In this document: piece after piece, positions 60,201 to 64,000 of the stretch
Layout of the letters: each line of letters begins with the position of its first letter
Numbering within the stretch: position 1 is the stretch's first letter
NCBI GenBank assembly: GCA_964234715.1
Contig: OZ174282.1
Length of the DNA: 64,000 bases
From: Podarcis melisellensis
Taxonomy: Eukaryota
Direction: 5' to 3' (one strand)
Notes under the pieces: model-generated
Databases searched by the model: none
Seen by the model: the letters and a program-made list of their open reading frames with translations, nothing else
Told to the model about the DNA's origin: nothing
Position numbers and translations under genes: made by a program

Positions 60201-63200
60201 TCCCTCAGATTCCCTCGTGAGCCGTTTCCAGAACCTATCCTGTCAGATGGCAGAACGCTCAGACCTCTTGCAGAAGTCCATTGCCCAGTCCCAAAGTGTG
60301 CAGGAGGGGCTGGAGAGCCTCCTTCAGTCCGTGGCTGAGGTAGAGAGGAACCTCCAGAAGGAAGACGTGACTGCTTTCTCCTCCACCTCCATCCAGGAGA
60401 CTCTCGCCACAAACATGGTAAGCCGGGGTTTGTCTTTGCTTTCTGTCCATGGTTTTCTTCCCGAATATTTCTGTGCAGGATAGACGAAAGTATTTTTATG
60501 CACACTTTGGAATGCACCAAAACTGCACTGCAAAAGCAAGAAACATGCATAGTCCAACTGGGAGTTGCGTTCCAATTCACAATGAAGTTCAGGATTGGGT
60601 CAGTTGGCTGTGAAAAGAATTCCTTCCCCCCAATCCTTATGTCTGCCTGCCTGCCCTTGTGTGTCCGTTAACAGAAGCTGAAGCAGGACATCGCCAGGCA
60701 AAAGAGCAGCCTCGAAGCCACCCGGGAGATGGTGACCCGCTTCATGGAGACCGCCGACAGTGCCACAGCTGCCGCTCTGCAGAGCAAGCTGGTCGAGGTG
60801 ACAGAGCGCTTTGGCAGCCTTTGCCGGCAGCAGCAGGAAAAGGAGGACGCCTTGAAGGATCTCCTCCCCAAGGTGGAGCAGTATGAGCACCTCTCTGAGA
60901 AACTGCATCAGTTCATGGAGAGCAGGATGCGGCTGTTGGCCTCGGGAAACCAGCCCGATCGTGACATTGCTCACTTCTCCCAACAGATCCAGGTGAGAAG
61001 CTGCAGAATGATGGTGGTGGAGAGAGACAGAGAGGAGTGATGGGGGAGCAGGCATAGCTCAGGAGTGGAGCCACAGGATTGTATGCACAGGGGCCTAGGT
61101 TCAGTCCCTGGCACTTTGAGGTGCTAAGCTGGGAAAGGCCCTTGGGGACTTGATGGACCAAAGGTCTGGCTCAGAATAAAGCAGGTTTTACATGCATGGG
61201 AATATAGCATGCTCAGAGACTGAACACTGAAAACGAGGGCTCGTTTGTAATCCTGATTGCTGGGGGAGAATGTGTGTGAGAGAGCAAGATGGAGGAGGGA
61301 AGGAGTTTGTGAATAAGTGGGTGTCTCTTATGTGGGTGGGTGTGTAAGTGAGGGAGAGTGGGGTGGATCCACCCAGCTGCCTTTGCATTGGCCCTGCCCG
61401 TTGCTAGCATGTGGCCCCTGCAATGTTAACAAGGAGGGAATATGGCCTTCAAATTGCCCTTAACTTAAAAGTTCTATACTCCACCTTTCCTCGTTGGAAG
61501 CTCAAAGTGGCTAACAGTACAATCAAACCATATATTGACAATTGACTTTCACTAATAGGAGCCTTTTAATGCACACTTTACCTGGTATATGCAATTTGAA
61601 CACTTGGGTTAGCTAACTGCAAAATTTAGAGAAGTGTGAATTTCAAAGGATGGCTGCATTTTGGCTTGTGTGTTGTTTTGGGAAGTGCAAATTTGGTAGA
61701 ATTGCCTTTCAGCATGAACGGAATAAAATTTCTTCACACACACACACGCATATCCCTTCTGCCTCCCCACACCACTCCCAGTCACACATGGCTTCCAGGA
61801 GCTGACATGAGCTGTGCAGTCTCCATTGGCAGCTTTCTGTAGTGAATTTGTCCCATACACTTGGACCTGTGTGTTGGGCACTGCTCTTTCTTCTAATGGC
61901 AACATTGCATCCACCCCTGTTTTGTTGCCAGGAACTGAATTCTGAGATGAAGCAGCACCACGAGGACTTGGACACATTGGAGCATCTGACCACGGAGCTG
62001 AGCTCTTGTGGTTTTGCAGCAGCAAGCTCCTCCTCACACCAGGAGAAGGTGCACAATTTGCGGAAAGACTTCATGCAGTTGCAGAAAGCAGCAAGGGAAC
62101 GGTAAGGGGTGCTCTTTGCTGCTCTGTGATACAATGGTGGTGATGAGCAGATGCTCTGCAGCTCAGGGGTAGAGCATCTGCTCTGCATGCAGAAGGACCG
62201 AGGGTTGTGCCACATGCACAAGAGACAGTGCAAGTGGCCCTGCATCTTGTCCTTTGCGGAGGTGGAGGGCATGTTTGGAAGGGAGCCAAGATCCAGCTTC
62301 GTAATATAGCTCCTTTTACAACTTAATTTCTTTCCTGCCAGTGTGGTTTCCAAACAATGTGTCTGGTGCTTAGTCGTGAATTTTTGCTCAATAGAAATTC
62401 ACAGCAGTTAGAGAAGGAATGTCAAAACCAATATGAGTCTAAAGCTTGGTTCTCCTTCGTTGTTGTTGTTTTTAATGAGGGCTACTTTGACTTTTTTGCA
62501 GAGGTCATGTTTTGGAGGGAGTTGTCTGGTTTTTTTGGGGGGGGGCGAGTTGTCTGTTCTTTGGAGCAGAGGATGTCTGAGCATCATCAGTTTTTCTTCT
62601 ATAGAATGAGTGTTTCCTCGTGCCTGTGATAGCTTCTTAGACTTCCAGATGTGTCCTTGGGACCACAAAGATGGAGAACCCCCCTGTCTAAAGCCACAGC
62701 CTGACAAAGACATGTCAAGGCAATACTTTTCCTGGGAACACCAAGTTTATTTTCTTTCTCTGCTGGTGGTAGTGAGTTAAAACCTACTTACCTCACACCA
62801 GAGACAGAGGCAGAGAGAAGGTTGAAGAACAAAGCTGTCATAAACTGACATTTTGATAACTTGAAGGTTTCGGGAAGGGTGTAGGCCATCTCTGCCTCAG
62901 TGTTTTCTCAGCATGACTGGGAGGTGGTGGTTGGCTTTGCAGAATTTACTTAACAGGAGAAATTGGTCTAAATGTCTGCTCACTTTTCTGTGGTGGGTGG
63001 ATAACCTTGTTAGGGCCTGATCAGCCAGGAACGAAGAACAGAGCGTGAAGAGGCTGATATTTCCTTTCAGTCCTTAATCCATTGGACTGAGCAACAATGT
63101 CCCAAATAGGTGGTCCAGTGTTGCAGAAGGAGCAGTAACAATACTTGGCATATATGCAGGTGTTAAGTGCACTTTTCTCATAATTCCTTACACAGCAGCC

Positions 63201-63527
63201 CTGCAAGGCAGGCCATGTTAACACATTTTGGGAGCAGGAGCTGAGGTTGAGCCTGCTGTGGTTGCAGACTTCTCGGCAACTTAGAATTCATCTGATAGAA
63301 TGCATGCTAGGAAAAGGGCTAGCAGAGCTGACCCACTTTTTTACCTACCTCCTTTCTCTCCACTTCCCAGAGAGAAGGGCGCATCCTCCTGCCAAGAACA
63401 GTTGGACGAATTCCGAAAACTGGTTGAATCCACCAAGCAGTGGCTGAAAGAAACAGAGGCGACTATCCCAGCCACAGAGGCTTCTTTGGGCACCCACGAG
63501 TTGGAGAAGCGGATGCAGCAAATTGAG
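3125..63527 (+). CDS. MACF1: MACF1/ACF7 spectraplakin, partial multi-exon gene (45 coding exons in window; 5' and 3' ends outside)
   Basis: Exons with GT-AG boundaries and matching phases join into one ORF of about 12552 nt. The peptide [30 protein letters not shown]...[30 protein letters not shown]...[37 protein letters not shown] matches MACF1 as I recall it, rather than DST or PLEC. Confidence 0.96.
3546..3658 (+). CDS. MACF1: MACF1 exon, CH2 (PDLVDMERV...RLLDAE)
   Basis: tgcag|GCCA...GAAG|gtgatg; phase 2-1. Confidence 0.95.
5228..5334 (+). CDS. MACF1: MACF1 exon, end of CH2 ([15 protein letters not shown]...GISAT)
   Basis: ttctag|ATGTG...CACC|gtaagc; phase 1-0. Confidence 0.95.
6492..6611 (+). 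CDS. MACF1: MACF1 exon, plakin domain (EVDTRW...PVELK)
   Basis: tgtag|GAA...AAG|gtaaac. Confidence 0.95.
7188..7400 (+). mobile_element. RTE-clade LINE 3' fragment (ORF2 C-terminus with C2H2-type finger)
   Basis: [12 protein letters not shown]...[22 protein letters not shown] motif typical of RTE ORF2 ends. Confidence 0.75.
7601..7797 (+). mobile_element. tRNA-derived SINE (Squam2-like)
   Basis: GGGGCATAGCTCA A-box, GGTTCAATCCC B-box, body CTCCAGGTAGGGCTGGGAAAGAC...AAGGAAGCTTTC. Confidence 0.8.
8179..8274 (+). CDS. MACF1: MACF1 exon ([13 protein letters not shown]...YKLLE)
   Basis: ttgcag|GCA...GAG|gtgaga. Confidence 0.95.
8556..8794 (-). mobile_element. tRNA-derived SINE (Squam3-like)
   Basis: Reverse complement begins GAGAGCCAACGTGG..GTGTAGTGGTTAGAGTG...GTTCGAATCCCC and ends in an AATAAAT-type tail. 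Confidence 0.75.
8888..9015 (+). CDS. MACF1: MACF1 exon ([18 protein letters not shown]...PAVER)
   Basis: ttccag|ACC...GAAAG|gtaggt. Confidence 0.95.
9235..9328 (+). CDS. MACF1: MACF1 exon ([12 protein letters not shown]...NTLQA)
   Basis: ctacag|GTTG...GCT|gtgagt. Confidence 0.95.
10082..10236 (+). CDS. MACF1: MACF1 exon (DEAHLESGQ...EELVFK)
   Basis: tgccag|GAT...TTCAA|gtaagg. Confidence 0.95.
10632..10929 (+). CDS. MACF1: MACF1 exon (IVRLQDEL...WVEEMQ)
   Basis: cccag|GATT...CAG|gtgtgt. Confidence 0.95.
11778..11906 (+). CDS. MACF1: MACF1 exon ([16 protein letters not shown]...ARMYE)
   Basis: tttcag|ATG...GAG|gtaagc. Confidence 0.95.
12990..13067 (+). CDS. MACF1: MACF1 exon (GKMSQNFH...YCKLM)
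   Basis: ttatag|GGT...ATG|gtgagt. Confidence 0.94.
13734..13829. repeat. Compound (CTCCTT)n/(CTC)n polypyrimidine microsatellite
   Basis: About 95 nt of pure C/T, directly visible. Confidence 0.95.
14143..14304 (+). CDS. MACF1: MACF1 exon (ETSSFRL...KKNYFS)
   Basis: ttgcag|GAA...TCG|gtgagt. Confidence 0.95.
14496..14612. mobile_element. Short palindromic MITE
   Basis: GGGTGATATTCAA..TTTTTCTCAGAGTAGACC pairs with GGTCTGCTCTGAGTAAAA..TTGACTATCACCC. Confidence 0.7.
15352..15456 (+). CDS. MACF1: MACF1 exon (ELTMELEEK...HPAKQTVE)
   Basis: atgcag|GAG...GAG|gtaaga. Confidence 0.95.
15640..15900. repeat. Inverted-repeat element (probable MITE) with a duplicated arm
   Basis: 15707-15731 is the reverse complement of 15871-15895 (24/25); about 15686-15712 pairs with 15826-15852. 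Confidence 0.7.
16157..16252 (+). CDS. MACF1: MACF1 exon ([12 protein letters not shown]...TAYFQ)
   Basis: tcacag|GCA...CAG|gtacag. Confidence 0.95.
16468..16827 (+). mobile_element. Full-length Sauria SINE with (ACCTTT)n tail and 15-bp TSD
   Basis: GGGACGCGGGTGGCGCTGTGGG head, GGTTCGAATCCC B-box, ACCTTT tail; TTACCTTACTTTAGA at 16452-16466 and 16828-16842; CpG-rich, so probably young. Confidence 0.92.
17406..17770 (-). mobile_element. CR1 LINE 3' fragment (shorter CR1 3' ends near 12745-12830 +, 18455-18640 -, 19577-19650 -, 24700-24768 +, 33768-33840 -)
   Basis: TAGAATC.TAGAGTTGGAAGGGACC...TAGTCCAACCCCCTGC is the reverse complement of the CR1 3' hairpin and ATTCTRTG-type tail. Confidence 0.85.
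18280..18405 (+). CDS. MACF1: MACF1 exon (FFSDARDSE...LLQDSM)
   Basis: ttgcag|TTC...ATG|gtgggt. Confidence 0.95.
20294..20489. other. Assembly gap (196 N)
   Basis: Run of n. Confidence 1.
21050..21202 (+). CDS. MACF1: MACF1 exon, SH3 start (DEKEQLIQ...[10 protein letters not shown])
   Basis: tgacag|GAT...GAG|gtgagc. Confidence 0.95.
22298..22433. mobile_element. About 130-bp palindromic hAT-type MITE, high-copy family (other copies or fragments near 11080, 12140, 12465, 15140, 19740, 28100, 28890, 29370, 35930, 38475, 47430, 51485, 58980)
   Basis: GGTGCCCTCCATATGTTTTGGACTACAACTCCCATC pairs with ATGGGAGTTATAGCCCAAAACATCTGGAGGGCACC; ends in ACCCCTG. Confidence 0.85.
22534..22688 (+). CDS. 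MACF1: MACF1 exon, SH3 (ITICKNDEC...[20 protein letters not shown])
   Basis: acgcag|ATC...AGCAG|gtaaag. Confidence 0.95.
23697..23823 (+). CDS. MACF1: MACF1 exon (VEQLYQKV...SWNMEK)
   Basis: ttgtag|GGTG...AAG|gtaata. Confidence 0.95.
24942..25125 (+). CDS. MACF1: MACF1 exon (LRALAPGEC...QSMEN)
   Basis: tcacag|CTC...AATG|gtaagc. Confidence 0.94.
25304..25726. mobile_element. Non-autonomous hAT element with 8-bp TSD TTCTAGCC
   Basis: TIRs CAGGGGTCAGCAAACT / AGTTTGTCGACCTCTG (13/16); TTCTAGCC at 25296-25303 and 25727-25734. Confidence 0.9.
26402..26571 (+). CDS. MACF1: MACF1 exon ([16 protein letters not shown]...LAEQE)
   Basis: gaacag|AGGAC...GAG|gttggt. Confidence 0.93.
26760..26938 (+). 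CDS. MACF1: MACF1 exon (RLKEDL...STIYLDK)
   Basis: ctgcag|AGA...GACAA|gtgagt. Confidence 0.94.
27522..27660 (+). CDS. MACF1: MACF1 exon ([15 protein letters not shown]...RATLQ)
   Basis: tgatag|GTTA...CAG|gtaagc. Confidence 0.95.
28318..28700. mobile_element. Palindromic MITE related to the 32339 element
   Basis: Shared CCATGGTTTGGCTTAGCAT..TCTGAACC and ATGCTAAGCC motifs in inverted arrangement. Confidence 0.65.
29116..29309 (+). CDS. MACF1: MACF1 exon (QWISEV...QIETR)
   Basis: ctgcag|CAA...ACTCG|gtgaga. Confidence 0.94.
29995..30157 (+). CDS. MACF1: MACF1 exon ([11 protein letters not shown]...LSQQM)
   Basis: tgacag|CCGA...ATG|gtaagg. Confidence 0.94.
30450..30591 (-). mobile_element. tRNA-Lys(CTT)-derived head fused to a CR1 3' tail (SINE-like chimera; not a functional tRNA)
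   Basis: Reverse complement TAGCTCAGTTAGTAGAGCATGAGACTCTTAATCCCAGGGTTGTGGGTTCATGTCCCGCTCTTGGGCG, followed directly by AAAGATTCCTGCAT...CCCTTCCAATTCTATGATTCTAT. Confidence 0.8.
30974..31057 (+). CDS. MACF1: MACF1 exon ([10 protein letters not shown]...SAAVK)
   Basis: tttaag|GCA...AAG|gtaata (AAG acceptor). Confidence 0.93.
31423..31646. mobile_element. Tc1/mariner (Tigger/pogo-like) MITE with TA TSD
   Basis: TA|TAGTCGTACCTT ... AAGGTACGACTG|TA. Confidence 0.85.
31659..32107. mobile_element. Second Tc1/mariner-type MITE
   Basis: TA|CCGTATTGGCCTGAATATA ... TATATTTGGGCCAATACGG (17/19 TIR match); internal GCRGCTTA repeats. Confidence 0.8.
32289..32319. repeat. (AAT)n(AAG)n microsatellite
   Basis: Directly visible. 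Confidence 0.9.
32339..32760. mobile_element. About 420-bp palindromic PIF/Harbinger-like MITE with 3-bp ATT flanks
   Basis: GGCCTAGTTCACATGTAATGCTAAGCC pairs with GGCTTTGCGTTACATGTGAACAAGGGC; inner arms also pair; ATT on both sides. Confidence 0.8.
32949..33056 (+). CDS. MACF1: MACF1 exon ([25 protein letters not shown]...VTQE)
   Basis: tgtcag|GAC...GAG|gtgagg. Confidence 0.95.
33382..33590. mobile_element. MITE with GGTGCTTCCAGA TIRs (second copy near 49186-49418)
   Basis: GGGTGCTTCCAGATGG ... CCTGTCTGGAAGCATCC; both copies share TTGCAGCATCC..CATCAAAATGC.AGCCT. Confidence 0.7.
34452..34550 (+). CDS. MACF1: MACF1 exon, end of plakin domain ([14 protein letters not shown]...RRLEEEE)
   Basis: ttccag|TTC...GAA|gtaagt. 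Confidence 0.95.
35196..35348 (+). CDS. MACF1: MACF1 exon ([10 protein letters not shown]...ILEQQ)
   Basis: ttgcag|AAA...CAG|gtgcgt. Confidence 0.94.
36115..36203 (+). CDS. MACF1: MACF1 exon (VLNEELV...LAKHGHK)
   Basis: catcag|GTT...CACAA|gtgagt. Confidence 0.94.
36717..36852 (+). CDS. MACF1: MACF1 exon, last before the b-type module (LSAQEKE...QETAHK)
   Basis: ctgcag|GCTT...AAG|gtatcc. Confidence 0.94.
39928..40245. mobile_element. Degenerate palindromic MITE
   Basis: TAGTTTGCACACAGTTCTAA pairs with TTAGAATTGTATGCAAACCAG. Confidence 0.6.
41290..46695 (+). CDS. MACF1: MACF1 giant exon (5406 nt, 1802 codons): two clusters of plectin/plakin repeats plus low-complexity acidic linkers (MACF1b-type)
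   Basis: Long pyrimidine tract, then ctttag|GGAATT...GCCAAG|gtagat. Repeated LLEAQ..GGIIDP..G..LS..EA...GLI motifs. Coincides with the 1836-aa ORF in the track. Confidence 0.93.
48034..48183 (+). CDS. MACF1: MACF1b-type exon ([15 protein letters not shown]...LLRQAE)
   Basis: ccatag|GCT...GAG|gtaaga; phase 0-0. Confidence 0.88.
48314..48395. mobile_element. Penelope-like terminal fragment (related palindromic remnant near 24310-24480)
   Basis: GAGTCTTGTGGCACCT..AA.GGCTAAC..ATTT..AAGCTTTTGTGGACTACAGTCCAC..ATCAGATG motif. Confidence 0.55.
48856..49071 (+). CDS. MACF1: MACF1b-type exon (ALDAEL...[16 protein letters not shown]...TEAEK)
   Basis: ccttag|GCC...AAG|gtactg; phase 0-0. Confidence 0.92.
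50332..50481 (+). CDS. MACF1: MACF1b-type exon ([20 protein letters not shown]...LQSYK)
   Basis: ttttgag|GCT...AAG|gtagtt; rare GAG acceptor; phase 0-0. Confidence 0.87.
51820..52231. repeat. AT-rich interspersed repeat, unclassified
   Basis: Recurrent ATGCATATA/AAAATG units; abrupt composition change; ends in CCCATCCTTA. Confidence 0.5.
52530..52757 (+). CDS. MACF1: MACF1b-type exon (ELKRPLAD...[17 protein letters not shown]...EQTDQ); 3' end may be 52763
   Basis: gaccag|GAG...CAG|gtgaca, or ...GTGACA|gtggtg; both phase 0. Confidence 0.88.
55744..55893 (+). CDS. MACF1: MACF1 exon, spectrin-repeat rod (TLQEQQ...QSDVK)
   Basis: aaacag|ACA...AAG|gtgaga. Confidence 0.92.
56298..56531 (+). CDS. 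MACF1: MACF1 exon (DLQRSLH...QQQTEK)
   Basis: cattag|GAC...AAG|gtacag. Confidence 0.94.
56769..56981 (+). CDS. MACF1: MACF1 exon ([11 protein letters not shown]...HYESLK)
   Basis: ttccag|ATT...AAG|gttggt. Confidence 0.92.
57400..57942 (+). CDS. MACF1: MACF1 exon ([11 protein letters not shown]...[13 protein letters not shown]...SLHSK)
   Basis: ttccag|GTC...AAG|gtacaa. Confidence 0.95.
58006..58257. mobile_element. hAT-type MITE
   Basis: CAGTGGTTCCTAAA ... TTTGGGAACCACTG TIRs. Confidence 0.75.
58328..58530 (+). mobile_element. Degenerate Squam3-like SINE
   Basis: tRNA-like head (GGTTCAAATC), GGTGACCTTGG core, and the same 3' body as the 8556 copy. Confidence 0.6.
58715..58891 (+). CDS. MACF1: MACF1 exon (CTALGSHL...QLASAK)
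   Basis: ttgcag|TGC...AAA|gtaagt. Confidence 0.95.
59517..59690 (-). mobile_element. Squam2-like SINE (further partial copies near 61045-61190 + and 62155-62215 +)
   Basis: CATAGGAAGCTG..GAGTCAGACCATTGG...CCCAGCCCTACCTG.AGATGCC...GGACCTTC. Confidence 0.7.
59798..59921 (+). CDS. MACF1: MACF1 exon ([14 protein letters not shown]...IQETT)
   Basis: caacag|CAC...ACAG|gtaagg. Confidence 0.92.
60209..60417 (+). CDS. MACF1: MACF1 exon (DSLVSRFQ...TLATNM)
   Basis: cctcag|ATTCC...ATG|gtaagc. Confidence 0.95.
60675..60992 (+). CDS. MACF1: MACF1 exon ([20 protein letters not shown]...SQQIQ)
   Basis: taacag|AAG...CAG|gtgaga; NAGNAG acceptor. Confidence 0.94.
61932..62101 (+). CDS. MACF1: MACF1 exon (ELNSEMK...KAARER)
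   Basis: tgccag|GAA...GAACG|gtaagg. Confidence 0.94.
63371..63527 (+). CDS. MACF1: MACF1 exon ([18 protein letters not shown]...MQQIE)
   Basis: tcccag|AGAG...GAG|gtgggc. Confidence 0.93.
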
Positions 63528-63889
63528 GTGGGCAGAGAAAGAAGGAGAGAGTCCCAGAGCCTTCTAGGGAAGATGTGCTCTTGAGGGAGGGAGATCACAA
63601 CAGCATAAACAGAAGAGCTTCACTGCATCTGGGTTGATGGTCTGAATAGAGGCTAGTTTCCTCTGAAACTGCAACAAATACAGGAAGCTCTTGGGGGGGG
63701 CCCTCTCTTGTAGGCTTTCTCTAGTCTTCCCGGGTTCCTATAGCTAGAGCTGTGGTGTACTCTGTGAACGAACAAATCACAATTCTGCACCTCCCCCCAA
63801 ATTAATCTTGAGATCTGGGTTGTGGCATTGTTAAAATTATATTCGTCTTTTGTTCTATCAGGTAGCCTCTGAATGCAGAGCGGTGTGGT

Positions 63890-64000
63890 GAGAGCCAGTG
63901 TGGTGTAGTGGTTAAGAGCGGTAGTCTCATAATCTGGGGAACCGGGTTCGCGTCTCCGCTCCTCCACATGCAGCTGCTGGGTGACCTTGGGCTAGTCACA
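63890..64000 (+). mobile_element. Squam3-type SINE, 5' part, cut by the window edge
   Basis: GAGAGCCAGTGTGGTGTAGTGGTTAAGAGCGG...CCGGGTTCGCG...GGGTGACCTTGGGCTAGTCAC; CpG-rich. Confidence 0.85.

Noticed and set aside
62155-62215. tRNA-Ala(TGC)-like sequence
   Set aside because: Only a SINE head fragment; T arm and acceptor stem do not form
3125-63527. Assignment to DST/BPAG1, PLEC or a new spectraplakin paralogue
   Set aside because: Diagnostic peptides and exon order match MACF1 as recalled; reciprocal BLAST and synteny would confirm
1-64000. CRISPR arrays, operons or other prokaryote-type systems
   Set aside because: The sequence is an intron-rich vertebrate gene; no regularly spaced direct repeats were seen

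Overview
Vertebrate genomic DNA, most likely a lacertid lizard judging by its SINE families. The whole window lies inside one + strand gene, MACF1 (ACF7, microtubule-actin cross-linking factor 1, a spectraplakin), with neither end of the gene present. I traced 45 GT-AG coding exons from 3125 to 63527 that join into one open frame of about 4184 codons: second calponin-homology domain, plakin domain with SH3, a 5.4-kb plectin-repeat exon plus four further MACF1b-type exons, then the start of the spectrin-repeat rod. Introns contain SINEs (Sauria, Squam2/Squam3-like, a tRNA-Lys/CR1 chimera), CR1, RTE, L2 and Penelope fragments, many palindromic MITEs, microsatellites and a 196-N gap. I found no convincing new biological system. 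The best leads are splicing features around the skippable MACF1b module: candidate internal first exons, a competing donor after the giant exon and a candidate poison exon. Comparisons with human MACF1 and repeat family names are from memory, not database searches; repeat boundaries without TSDs are approximate.
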